Origin: a virus
Direction: 5' to 3' (one strand)
Length of the DNA: 64,000 nt
IMG/VR virus record: IMGVR_UViG_3300033145_001324
Location: 6,059-70,058 of that record
The notes under the pieces are model-generated. The model ran no database searches. It was not told where the DNA came from and was given only the letters and a program-made list of their open reading frames with translations. The position numbers were made by a program, and so were the translations under genes. This document shows positions 49,791 to 60,082 of the stretch, in pieces (the stretch's first letter is position 1; the number at the start of each line of letters is the position of its first letter).

Positions 49791-50131
49791 GAACTATTAT
49801 AGCAGGGAGTAGGGGAGTTAGTGATTATAATATTATAGTTAATGCAATAAAGAACTCTAATTTCAATATAGAAGAAGTTATATCAGGAAATGCAAGAGGA
49901 GTTGATAAATTAGGAGAGAAGTGGGCAATAGAAAATAACATAAAACTAAAAATATTTCCAGCTAATTGGAATAAATTTGGAAAATCAGCAGGTTATATAA
50001 GAAATGTTGAGATGGCGGATTATGCAAATAGTTTGATAGCAATTTGGGATGGTAAATCTAAAGGAACTAAAATGATGATAGCACAGGGGAAAGTGAAAGG
50101 ATTAAAGGTATTTGTTTATGAGACATCTTAA
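49787..50131 (+). CDS. DUF2493/YspA-like SLOG family protein
   Basis: IIAGSR, SGNARGVD, ANW..GKSAG.IRN.EM, WDGKSKGT..M. Confidence 0.85.
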   Translation: MRTIIAGSRGVSDYNIIVNAIKNSNFNIEEVISGNARGVDKLGEKWAIENNIKLKIFPANWNKFGKSAGYIRNVEMADYANSLIAIWDGKSKGTKMMIAQGKVKGLKVFVYETS

Positions 50132-50228
50132 AAAAATGAGAACACTACGTAGAGAAAGAAAAAAAGAGATTACATCGTAAAGATGCAAGAAAAGGTAATG
50201 GTAAATATAAAAGAAGTGGAGTTAAATA

Positions 50229-51356
50229 ATGAAAAAATTATTTAAAAGAACATCAAAAGGCGAAATCCAAGAGTGGGAAATTTTTGTAAAAGGAAACGTT
50301 ATACATAAGGTATACGGTTTGCAAAAAGGTAAGAAACAACATATAACAGAAGAAATAACAGAAGGAAAGAATATAGGAAGAAGTAACGAAACCTTACCAG
50401 CAGAACAAGCAGAATTAGAAGCTTTTGCTATATGGACAAGAAAGAAAGAGAAAGATTATAGAGAATCAATTGATGATTTATCTTCTAAGGAAAAAACAAG
50501 CAGTTTTGGGGGCTATCTCCCAATGCTTGCTCACTCTTATAAAAAACATGGTCATAAAATTAAATGGGCTTGTTATTGTCAAGCGAAGTTTGACGGTTTG
50601 CGATGCATTAGTCGAAAAGATAATAATAAAGTTACTTTGTGGTTCAGGTCTGGTAAAAGAATACAGTCTATGCAACATATAGAAAAAGATTTAAATATTA
50701 TTATGAAAAATGGAGAGATTTTCGATGGGGAATTATATATCCACAATGCAGATTTTAATAAATTAGGAGGAAGTATCAGAAGAGAAAAGAATATGGACAA
50801 AACGATTGCTGAAAAAATACAATATTATATTTATGATTTCCCTCGTATTAAGACAGGTGAGAATTTGTTATTAGAAAATATACCTTATAAATATAGAATG
50901 GATGAATTTAATAGTAGAAAATTACCCTCTTCTTTAGTAAGAGTAAAAACAGAAACAATTTATAATGAAGACGAAATGAAAAAACTATTTTCCTATTACA
51001 TTGGACAAGGATATGAAGGTGTTATTGTTCGAAATGTTGGTTCTCCTTACGAACAAAAAAGAAGTTACAATTTATTAAAATACAAAGAGTTTGACGAAGC
51101 AGAATTTAAAATTGTAGGGTATGAAGAAGGCAGAGGAAAATTATCAGGAGCTGTTGGAGCTTTTGTATGCGTGCTTTCGAATGGAGAAACGTTTAAAGCA
51201 AAATTAAAAGGCAAAGACGTAACTGATTTGCTAATACATTATTTTAAAAATCCAAAAGAATTTATGGGTAAAGAGCTTACTGTGCAATTCCAAGGGTTAT
51301 CTAAAGACAACGTGCCGAGATTTCCAATCGGAAAAGCTATTCGTTTTGATAAATAA
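50229..51356 (+). CDS. ATP-dependent DNA ligase
   Basis: PMLA, KFDGLR, DGELY, EGVIVR, LLKYK, RFP. Confidence 0.92.
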   Translation: MKKLFKRTSKGEIQEWEIFVKGNVIHKVYGLQKGKKQHITEEITEGKNIGRSNETLPAEQAELEAFAIWTRKKEKDYRESIDDLSSKEKTSSFGGYLPMLAHSYKKHGHKIKWACYCQAKFDGLRCISRKDNNKVTLWFRSGKRIQSMQHIEKDLNIIMKNGEIFDGELYIHNADFNKLGGSIRREKNMDKTIAEKIQYYIYDFPRIKTGENLLLENIPYKYRMDEFNSRKLPSSLVRVKTETIYNEDEMKKLFSYYIGQGYEGVIVRNVGSPYEQKRSYNLLKYKEFDEAEFKIVGYEEGRGKLSGAVGAFVCVLSNGETFKAKLKGKDVTDLLIHYFKNPKEFMGKELTVQFQGLSKDNVPRFPIGKAIRFDK

Positions 51357-51367
51357 AGGAAATAAAA

Positions 51368-51967
51368 ATGAATAAAAAAGAATATGATAAAAGATATTAT
51401 CAAATTCATAAAAAACGATTATTAGCAAGTTCCAAAAAATATAAATCTTCTCATAAAGAAGAATCTAAAGTATATTTTAAAACCTATAGTCAAAAAAACA
51501 AACAAAGAATTTCTAAATATCAAAAGGATTATTATAAAAAATATAAAACTCAAATCCTCGCAAGAAATTTAAAATATGCTAAAGCTCACCCTGAAATAAT
51601 GAAAAAAGTGAGAAGAAAATTTTATTTAGAACGTCCTGATTTGATTTTATGGTATAGCATCAAAAGTAGATGTAAAATAAAAATTTTATCCAAATTGAAT
51701 ATTAGCAGGGGGTCTTTTATAAATTGGTATAATTCTCAAAAGAAAATATGTATATATTGTAATATTACAGAAGCAAATTGGCAGAAGGGTAAAGACTCTC
51801 TTAGAAAGTTATATTATAGACTTCAAGTAGATAGAAAGAATAATAATATAGGTTATTCTTTACGAAATATAGTTTTAGCTTGCCCAAGATGTAATTTAAT
51901 CAAATCTGATTTTTTTGATTATAAACAAATGTTAAAAATTGGGAGGATTGTAAATGCGATTAATTAA
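51368..51967 (+). CDS. HNH-like homing endonuclease
   Basis: Basic repeats then CIYC...VDRKNNNIGY...NIVLACPRCN..K. Confidence 0.75.
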   Translation: MNKKEYDKRYYQIHKKRLLASSKKYKSSHKEESKVYFKTYSQKNKQRISKYQKDYYKKYKTQILARNLKYAKAHPEIMKKVRRKFYLERPDLILWYSIKSRCKIKILSKLNISRGSFINWYNSQKKICIYCNITEANWQKGKDSLRKLYYRLQVDRKNNNIGYSLRNIVLACPRCNLIKSDFFDYKQMLKIGRIVNAIN

Positions 51968-54900
51968 CATATATAATAAAGGCAGAATCATATATTTATT
52001 TACACGTGATTTAGAAGGGCGACAATTTATACAAAAAGTTACAGATTTTTATCCGTATTTTTATGAGTCTTCTGCTGAAGAATTGGGAAAAACTCGTAGT
52101 GTTACAGGAATACCTGTTAAAAAGATGATAGTATCTGACCCTAAAGATATACGAAAAATGCGAACAGATAAAGCCTGGGATGCTGATATATTCCATTGCC
52201 AAAGATATATGAGAGATAAGGTTACTACTCTTGAAAAATGTCCTATAAAGTGGGCTATGCTTGATATTGAAACTCTATCCTCCGAAATGCCTGATGCAAC
52301 AGAAGCCAAAGACCCTATTTCCTATATAACAATTTATAATAATTTTAGTAAAGAATATAAACAATATTCTTTAAAAGATTATGATACGGAATATAAAATG
52401 ATGGACGATTTTATTAATTATATTTATCAGTCAAAATTTGATTTATTAACTGCGTGGAATATGACAGAATTCGATATGAAATATTTATGCAATCGCTTTC
52501 CAGATTTTGCAGAACGAATTAGCCCTATACATGAAACTCGCTATGGCGGAGAGGTTGCTTATCCAGCAGGTATTTCTATTGTTGACTATTATACATGGTT
52601 TAAGTCTATAACTTTGAACAGAGAAGTATCTTATAAGTTAGATGATATAGCTCAAAAATATTTAGGAGATATATCAAAAGGAGAATTCGAGTTTGGAGAA
52701 TTATCAGGGAAAATAAAAGCAAAAAACAAACTTGATGTAGAACAGCTTGTAAGATTAGAAGAACAAAAACAGATTATACCTTATTTTGATGAAATAAGAA
52801 GACTTAGTAAAGTTGAATGGGAGGATATGATTTGGACTTCTCGTATTATAGATATGCTAATTCTTCAAGAAGCTAAAAACAGAGATGTTGTTCTTCCTAT
52901 GAAACCGTCGGAGGAAAGAGGAACTTTGGCAGAGAAAGAAGATTATTTAGGAGCTTATAGAGAAGCTATACAGACAGGATTATTTAAAGATATAGGAGTT
53001 TATGATTTAGGATGCTATTCAGAAGATACTGAGATTTTAACAGAAGAAGGTTGGATGACATATGATAAATTATATGGAAATAACAAATTAGCCACTTTTA
53101 ATATTGACAAAAACCTGATAGAATTTCAACCAATGTTACATTTAAATATTCAAACAGTTAAAGATATAGAAATGATAAATATTAATGGACAACACACTAA
53201 TCAATTATTAACAACAACACACAAAGTTTTATTTAAACAAACAACTAAAAAATATAGAACCCACGAAAATGACCCCAATAGTTGGCATATACAATTTGCC
53301 AAAGACGTTCCTATTCATCATAGCATTTTTCCTTTAAGTGCTGAAATTGGATTTAAACAAGACTATCCTATTTCAGATGAATTATTAAAACTCCATGCTT
53401 GGATTATTACAGAAGGAACTAATCGAAAAGGATATAGTAGACAGAAAAATAATAAATATTGTATTTATCAAAGCGAATCTAAACATAAGCAATATTGTAA
53501 AGAAATAGACGATATTTTTAATAAATTGCAATGGAGGGTTCATAGATATAGCAGATTAAAAAGAACAAAAACAGAAATAGAATGGTCTTTAAGCACAGAA
53601 TTATCAAAAAATATTGATTTAGAAGATAATTATAAAGCAATTCCTTTATGGATGTTGAAAAAATTCTCGTTAAGACAATTAAAAATGCTTTTTCTTGAAT
53701 TAATGAAAGGAGATGGGGATAGTAAGCACGATTGCTATTATGCTATTGACAAGTTAGCACGGGAACGATTTACATATTTGTGCTGCTTAATAGGAAGATG
53801 TGGTTATGACAATGGAAAAAAAGAAGTATATTGTAAATCTATAAATTATACTTCAGTTCAAACTTCTAAAAAAGGTAAAAAGAAAATTAACTATTCTGGT
53901 ATTGTTTGGTGTCCGTCAGTTGCGAATGGATTTGTAGTAGTTAAAAGAAAAGGAAAATGTTTTATTTCTGGCAATTCGGCTTATCCGTTTGCTATAAAAG
54001 ATTTTTGTCTTGACCCTGTAAATATAAAACTTCAAAAAGAAAAAGACTGTATAGAAATTAATAATACTTATTTCCATCAAAAAGAAGATGCTATATTGCC
54101 AACGGTTGTTAGTAAGTTGATGACTTTAAAAAATGATATTAAGAAAAAGTTGTCGACAATACAAGAGAGTAATCCAGATTATAAAAATGTTGAACAGATG
54201 TATAATGCTATCAAATCAATAGTTAATAGTAGTTATGGAGTATTTGGTAATCGTTATTTTAGAATGTATGATAATAAAGTGGCTTCTGCTACAACGTTTA
54301 TAGTGCGTTCTCTTTTACATTATGTGAAAGATAAAATAGAAGAACTTGGGCATGAAGTTATATATGTAGATACTGATGGTGTATTTATTAAAGGGTCAAT
54401 AGACTTAACAGATACTATGAATGACTTAGTTCAGCAATGGGGTAAAGAAACTTTTGGTAAAGATAAAGTAAGCATTGAATTTGAATATCAAGGTAAATTT
54501 AAAAAACTATTACTTCTTACTCTATGTCGTTATGTAGGAGAATTAGAAAAGCCTAATGGAGATATTAAAGAAGAAATGAAAGGTATAGAGGCTAAGAGGA
54601 AAGATAGCACTGTGTTTATGAAAGAGTTTCAGAAGGAGTTAATTAAACAGATAATGAACGAAATTGATAAAGACGATACATTTTCTTGGATAAAAAATCA
54701 AATAGAAGAAATAAAGAATGTGCCTTTAGAAAATATATCTTTTCCTGTGAAATTGGCACGACCAATTGAAAGTTATAAGAATGTTCCTATATTTGTTAGA
54801 GCTATGAATAATACTGAGAATTTTAAGAAAAAAATAGGAGAAAATTTTTATTATATTTATGTAGAGCCAACAGGATATGAAACAAAAAAACAAGTTATAG

Positions 54901-55217
54901 AATTACTTGATGGTAAAAAATTAACCCCAAGCAAATTAAAAGACGATTGGAAACTATATTACGGAAAAGAAACATTAGTTAAGCATATGGCTCAAGATAA
55001 AAAAGAAGAGTTGATTAACCACTTAGAAAAAGAAGGAAGAGTTACAAAACAGATTGTAGAAGTCAAAGGTAAGGCAAAAGATGTAATGGCATTTGACCCT
55101 AAAAATAAAGAGCATATTAAAAACGTTGACTGGAAACGTATGATTGAGAGAAATATATTGATGAAATTAGAAGTTATCTTTGCTGCTATGAATTGGGATT
55201 TAGGAGCTATATTATGA
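51954..55217 (+). CDS. polB: Family B DNA polymerase with intein
   Basis: Exo DIET, WN..FD, YKLD; motif A YDLG|SAYP; motif B KSIVNSSYG; motif C YVDTDG; KGIE.KR.D. Confidence 0.93.
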   Translation: MRLINIYNKGRIIYLFTRDLEGRQFIQKVTDFYPYFYESSAEELGKTRSVTGIPVKKMIVSDPKDIRKMRTDKAWDADIFHCQRYMRDKVTTLEKCPIKWAMLDIETLSSEMPDATEAKDPISYITIYNNFSKEYKQYSLKDYDTEYKMMDDFINYIYQSKFDLLTAWNMTEFDMKYLCNRFPDFAERISPIHETRYGGEVAYPAGISIVDYYTWFKSITLNREVSYKLDDIAQKYLGDISKGEFEFGELSGKIKAKNKLDVEQLVRLEEQKQIIPYFDEIRRLSKVEWEDMIWTSRIIDMLILQEAKNRDVVLPMKPSEERGTLAEKEDYLGAYREAIQTGLFKDIGVYDLGCYSEDTEILTEEGWMTYDKLYGNNKLATFNIDKNLIEFQPMLHLNIQTVKDIEMININGQHTNQLLTTTHKVLFKQTTKKYRTHENDPNSWHIQFAKDVPIHHSIFPLSAEIGFKQDYPISDELLKLHAWIITEGTNRKGYSRQKNNKYCIYQSESKHKQYCKEIDDIFNKLQWRVHRYSRLKRTKTEIEWSLSTELSKNIDLEDNYKAIPLWMLKKFSLRQLKMLFLELMKGDGDSKHDCYYAIDKLARERFTYLCCLIGRCGYDNGKKEVYCKSINYTSVQTSKKGKKKINYSGIVWCPSVANGFVVVKRKGKCFISGNSAYPFAIKDFCLDPVNIKLQKEKDCIEINNTYFHQKEDAILPTVVSKLMTLKNDIKKKLSTIQESNPDYKNVEQMYNAIKSIVNSSYGVFGNRYFRMYDNKVASATTFIVRSLLHYVKDKIEELGHEVIYVDTDGVFIKGSIDLTDTMNDLVQQWGKETFGKDKVSIEFEYQGKFKKLLLLTLCRYVGELEKPNGDIKEEMKGIEAKRKDSTVFMKEFQKELIKQIMNEIDKDDTFSWIKNQIEEIKNVPLENISFPVKLARPIESYKNVPIFVRAMNNTENFKKKIGENFYYIYVEPTGYETKKQVIELLDGKKLTPSKLKDDWKLYYGKETLVKHMAQDKKEELINHLEKEGRVTKQIVEVKGKAKDVMAFDPKNKEHIKNVDWKRMIERNILMKLEVIFAAMNWDLGAIL
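53013..53975 (+). mobile_element. Intein (321 aa) in PolB motif A
   Basis: CYSEDTEILT..GW, TTTH, degenerate LAGLIDADG (WIITEG, LMKGDG), YSG.VWCPSV.NG...ISGN|S. Confidence 0.9.
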
Positions 55218-55391
55218 AACCTTGTAAATGTAAAAATCCTAAACCTCGTATAATTGGCAATTGTGAGATTTGTCAAGTATGCAGAGGTTTAATTTATAAA
55301 GTTAGAAGCATCTTTCACAAAAAAACATCAGTAAAACCTAACAAAAGAAAATATAATAGAAGTGCTATTAAACGAAAATTAAAGGAGGAGA

Positions 55392-55709
55392 TTGAAGATG
55401 TATAATGCTTTTAATAGTTATTGTCCAGAATGTGGGGATTATATACCTGCTGGAACTTATCACTCTTGTTCTACTCATTTTTCAGAAGGGTCTTATTGTA
55501 AAAAGTGTGGGTTATGGATAGAACCAGAGGTAGCTCATATGTGTTCAGAGCTTCTTGATGAAATAGAAATTTTAAAATATAATTATAAATGTCCTGATTG
55601 CGGAGGTGAATTTAACGAACCATCTACAGAATCATCAAATGGAACGAGCTTCTATTTCAATTACAAATGTCCTTTTTGCGGACGAGAAATGAAAGGATTA
55701 AACCAATGA
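55392..55709 (+). CDS. Zn-ribbon protein
   Basis: CPEC, CKKC, CPDC, CPFC. Confidence 0.6.
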   Translation: MKMYNAFNSYCPECGDYIPAGTYHSCSTHFSEGSYCKKCGLWIEPEVAHMCSELLDEIEILKYNYKCPDCGGEFNEPSTESSNGTSFYFNYKCPFCGREMKGLNQ

Positions 55710-56023
55710 AAATTAAAACTTGTCCTTTTTGCGGGGGAAAAGCAAGGTTGTGGATTAGGAAATGTGATAAAACCAAATATACTATTGGATGCGATAATGT
55801 AACATGTTTTTTATGGATTCCAGAAGATGTAAGATTAAGAGAATTACACAACTATGCTCCTTGTTATGTTGAGAAAAAACAATTAATTGAAGATTGGAAT
55901 AAAAGACCTCCAACAAACAAAGTAAAAATACAACCATCAGTAAGAGCAAATCCAGATGTTATAGAATTGGGTGGAGGGAAATTTTGGAAAAAAATAATAA
56001 AATTATTTAAAAAGAAAGGATAA
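55706..56023 (+). CDS. Lar-like (restriction alleviation) Zn-finger protein
   Basis: KTCPFCGGKA...C...C...WNKR. Confidence 0.6.
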   Translation: MKIKTCPFCGGKARLWIRKCDKTKYTIGCDNVTCFLWIPEDVRLRELHNYAPCYVEKKQLIEDWNKRPPTNKVKIQPSVRANPDVIELGGGKFWKKIIKLFKKKG

Positions 56024-56410
56024 AACGATGATAGCTGCATTTATATTAGGCGTAATAGTAGGAATAGTTTTAATGGCATTAGCGATAAAGAATAATTATA
56101 TTAAATTGAAGGTTAAAAGAAGGAAATACAAACTTCCTAAAGATTTGGAAATAGGAAGAAAGAAAGGAGGAAGATTATGATAAGAGCAGAGCATGTAAAG
56201 GACGAACTAAAGATTCTTGATGAATCTATTGCTAAAGATACAGCTACACTCGGCAATGTAGTTAAGGCTATAACTTTAGTTATTAAGATTCTGTTGGACA
56301 TCAGGAGTAATCAGGTAATTATTATTAAGGGAACTCCAGGTATAAGTTTAAGAACGAAGCCTGAAGTTAAGCCTGAAGTTGACTCCTCAGAAAAGAAGTA
56401 AATGTAATTT

Positions 56411-56454
56411 AAAAGGGTTGTCGGCTGGGGATTCCTGGTCGATAGCTCTTTTTT
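56411..56454 (+). terminator. Intrinsic terminator
   Basis: 19-bp stem (six G-U pairs), GATT loop, T run; just before class A promoter. Confidence 0.75.
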
Positions 56455-56476
56455 CGCACTCATAAATTATTTTAAG

Positions 56477-56522
56477 AAAATCGATTATTTACTTGCGTCA
56501 GATACTCTTTTTGTGCTATAAT
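56477..56522 (+). promoter_or_regulatory. Class A promoter
   Basis: AAATCGATTATTTAC-TTGCGT-18 bp-(TGC)TATAAT. Confidence 0.75.
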
Positions 56523-56552
56523 AAAGTTAAGATAAAAGAGGATATAAAATTT

Positions 56553-56822
56553 ATGAAGAATAAAGGAAGAAAAGCTGAAGAAAAATTTATTAAAACTATT
56601 AATAGTGGAGCATTTTATCAGAAGGGAGATGCTATTTCTGATACTCATTGTCTTGAAATTAAATATACTGAGAAAAAATCTTTTAGATTGTCAACAGACT
56701 TACTTGAAAAAATAAGAAACGAAGCATTTGACCAAAATAAATTACCTCTTTTCGGTGTAATAATAGAACAACCTAATGAAAGATGGTTATTAAAGATAGA
56801 TATAATAAAGGAGATAAAATGA
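56553..56822 (+). CDS. Hjc-like PD-(D/E)xK Holliday junction resolvase
   Basis: G..AE, SGA...KGD, LEIKYT.K.S. Confidence 0.65.
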   Translation: MKNKGRKAEEKFIKTINSGAFYQKGDAISDTHCLEIKYTEKKSFRLSTDLLEKIRNEAFDQNKLPLFGVIIEQPNERWLLKIDIIKEIK

Positions 56823-56993
56823 CAGTTAAAGAATTAATAGAAAAATTAAAAACCTTTCCTCAAGATATGGAGGTTTGTTATGAAAGTTATAGCGAAATGA
56901 TTGACATGGGGATACAAGATGTAAGTATGGGAATTGACTATTATTCTAAAGAAAAACTCATAAAAATTATGGAAGCAAAAAAGGAGCAATAAA

Positions 56994-58142
56994 ATGATAA
57001 AATGGAACAGTGATAAATTAAATTTAATAAAAGCTTATTTAAGAAGTGGGATGTCTATTCCTGAAATATCTATTACTACCAAATTTTCACCTGATTCAAT
57101 CAAACATGCTATTAGTAGATATAATTTGAGAAAAGGATTACCTTCTTCAAAAACTGTAATAGAAGATACTACAGATGATGTTATACAGAAGGGTAGGAAA
57201 AAGATAAAGAGACAGGATATTGTAACTTTAGCAAAGGCTATTGGCGAAGAAGTATATAATCATTATAAAGTAATTCCATTAGAAGAGCCAAAGGCATTAA
57301 AATCCAGAGCAAAAAGAGAAGAAACTTCTATATTAGATATTTCAGATATTCACCTTGGAATGATTAATGAAGTATTTGATAGCGGAACTGGTAAAAAAGA
57401 AATTACTTATAATATGCAGATATTCGAACGAGAGCTTTCGGTATTACAGAATTCAATTTTCGAGATACATCAGATACTTGCAAACGCTTACAAACTACCT
57501 AATTTGGTAATTAATATTTTAGGTGATATTGTAACTAATGATAGAATATTCCCAGAACAAACTTTCGAGATAGAGAAATGTGTAGGACTACAAGTATGGG
57601 ATGCAATTTCTTATCTTACAAAATTTACTAATAACTTGCTTAGAGTATATGAACATATTAAGATAGTTGCTGTAGTAGGAAATCATGGCAGAAGTAACCC
57701 TACTCATTATAACGAACCTGTAGAGAATAATTTCGAATATTTTATTTACAAAACTTTGGAAAAACAGTTTCAAGATAGTAAAAGAGTTACTGTTATTGTT
57801 CCTGAGACAAGAAGATATATTCATGATATTTGTGGATGGAAACATCTTATTGAACACGGAGATAACATGAGAGGGTCAACTGATACCGCAATAGAAAAGC
57901 AGATAAAAGATTTAAAACTTAATGTAGGTGGGTTTGATGTTTTACATTTTGGACATTTTCATTCAATTAAAGAAAGAGAAATTTCCGATAGCGTTATAGT
58001 TAAGCAGAATGGTTGCTGGATTCCGAAAGATAATTATGGCTTTGTTAAATTTAAAAATTACAGTATCCCTAAACAACATTTCTTTGGTTGTGATACTAAA
58101 AGAGTGGAAACCTGGGGTTATAAAATTGATTTAAGGGGATAA
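56994..58142 (+). CDS. HTH + calcineurin-like metallophosphoesterase
   Basis: SDIHLG, LGD, GNHGR, EHGD, GHFH. Confidence 0.85.
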   Translation: MIKWNSDKLNLIKAYLRSGMSIPEISITTKFSPDSIKHAISRYNLRKGLPSSKTVIEDTTDDVIQKGRKKIKRQDIVTLAKAIGEEVYNHYKVIPLEEPKALKSRAKREETSILDISDIHLGMINEVFDSGTGKKEITYNMQIFERELSVLQNSIFEIHQILANAYKLPNLVINILGDIVTNDRIFPEQTFEIEKCVGLQVWDAISYLTKFTNNLLRVYEHIKIVAVVGNHGRSNPTHYNEPVENNFEYFIYKTLEKQFQDSKRVTVIVPETRRYIHDICGWKHLIEHGDNMRGSTDTAIEKQIKDLKLNVGGFDVLHFGHFHSIKEREISDSVIVKQNGCWIPKDNYGFVKFKNYSIPKQHFFGCDTKRVETWGYKIDLRG

Positions 58143-58467
58143 AATAATGAAAGAAAAACAAATAACGTTTCCTTTTGTTTATAGAGAATTTATTATAGAA
58201 ATAGGACAACCGAAACCTATCGCTTACTCCTATGATTATACAGTTTATTATACTTCTATTCATAAATTAGGAGACGAAAAATGTATGATATATTGTGGCA
58301 AAATAATGGAGACAACTGCTCATGTCTAAGAAAAAAATAAAATTAAATCTTTATGGCTCAGATTGTTGCCACATGCCTATGAGAGTTGAAGGAAGAACTA
58401 CCCAATATTACGTATGTGATAAATGCGATAAACCTTGTGATAGAGTTAAAATTGGAGAAAAATTATT

Positions 58468-58719
58468 ATGATAGCTACGATAACGAAAATTCAGAAGAAA
58501 CGAAGTCGGTATGGAGGGTTTTTTTTCTATGTCTTTTTCTCAAGTGCAGACGGAAAGAAGTCTTATTACTCCTGCATGTATCCAAAAATGCGAAATTTCG
58601 CTCGATGGAAAAAGGTATTGGGTATTGGAGTAAGTCTTTCCAATCTCAAACTTGTAAAAGGAAAAGCTAAATTAATTGATGCTGATAGCAAATTTATTTT
58701 AATTGAAGAAAGAGAGTAA
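58468..58719 (+). CDS. Small hypothetical protein
   Basis: GGAG RBS; ends LIDADSKFILIEERE. Confidence 0.65.
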   Translation: MIATITKIQKKRSRYGGFFFYVFFSSADGKKSYYSCMYPKMRNFARWKKVLGIGVSLSNLKLVKGKAKLIDADSKFILIEERE

Positions 58720-58726
58720 TAAAGAT

Positions 58727-59377
58727 ATGAAAATGAATTATTATATAACTAAAAAATTTATAAAAGAAAGTTTACCAAAATATACTCTTTTAGAAATGTC
58801 TAATAAAATAGGATGTAGTATAAATACTATATATAGAAGAATGAGACAATATAATATAAAAAAATTTAAAGTATCAGATATTCTAACAAACACTTTTTTG
58901 ATAAAAGAATATCTAAATAACAAAAAATCTCAAGAAAATATTGCTGATGAGATAGGATGCACTCAAGCATTTATAACTAAAAAGTTACAAGAATATAATA
59001 TTAAAGCTCGTTCTCAAACTGAAGCTATATCAGGGGACAAAAATCCTCATAGAATACATCCTGAGCTTTCTATTGGGAAGAACAACCCTGCTTGGATAGA
59101 TGGACGAAGTTATCTTCCTTATACTTCTGAATTTACTAATAAATTAAAATATCGTATTAGAGAAAGGGATACTTTTACTTGCCAAAATTGTGGTATTATA
59201 GAAAAAACACATTTAAAAACATATAAGAGAGTTTTAGATATTCATCATATAGATTATAATAAAGAAAATTGTAAAGAAACTAATCTAATTACGTTATGCC
59301 AAAAATGTAATCTTTATGCAAATATTAATAGAGATTACTGGTATGCATACTATAGTTATATAATAAAGGAGAAGTAA
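58727..59377 (+). CDS. HTH-HNH homing endonuclease
   Basis: NPAWIDG, RD.FTCQNC, HHIDYNK.NC...NLITLC..C..N..RDYWYAY. Confidence 0.85.
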   Translation: MKMNYYITKKFIKESLPKYTLLEMSNKIGCSINTIYRRMRQYNIKKFKVSDILTNTFLIKEYLNNKKSQENIADEIGCTQAFITKKLQEYNIKARSQTEAISGDKNPHRIHPELSIGKNNPAWIDGRSYLPYTSEFTNKLKYRIRERDTFTCQNCGIIEKTHLKTYKRVLDIHHIDYNKENCKETNLITLCQKCNLYANINRDYWYAYYSYIIKEK

Positions 59378-59584
59378 AATGGGTTTATATGATAGATTAT
59401 ATGTAAATTGTCCTGAATGCGGAGAGAGTGTTGAGTTTCAAAGTAAAGCAGGATTGTGTGGATTAATAGATTATAATGTTAATGATGTTCCTGCTGTTAT
59501 TTTAGCAGGTTTAAATATGTCTTATGAAAAATGTATATGTGGTCATAATGTAACTATTATAAGCCAAACTAAAGGATATATAAG

Positions 59585-59716
59585 GTGAGAACGCTTTTAT
59601 TAGGAGATATACATATAACTGATGATAGTATAAAAGAGATAATGTCTATTTTTGATAATGATATTTATAAAATTAAAGCTGATAGCAAATTTATTGTATG
59701 TGAGGAGGATAAATAA
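59585..59716 (+). pseudogene. Chimeric fragment: SbcD N-terminus joined to C-terminus of the 58468..58719 protein
   Basis: MRTLLLGDIHITDDSIKEIMSIFDNDIYKIKAD|SKFIVCEEDK*. Confidence 0.75.
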
Positions 59717-60082
59717 GATGAATAGATATTTTGAAGAACAAGAAAAACGTAGCAAAATGACAATGCATAAACTAAGAGGTAAAAGTTTAAAAACTATTAC
59801 AACAGGAATGTCGAACGAAATTATTTTGGAATTTATGGATTCTACAAAAGCAAGTATAGAATTTACAACTTATCCTGATGGGACTATACGTGACCTTATA
59901 ATAGAGGAGGAAAAATAAAATGAGAAACATGAGGAAATTTTGCCCTGAATGGGGAGTAGAAATTGGTGAAAATGATGAAATATTTTGTGAAGGGTGCGAA
60001 TATTTATGTGCTAATTATACTTATAAAGAAACAGTAGATATATATGAAGCTAATGAAAGATTAAAAATAGGATTATAAAACT

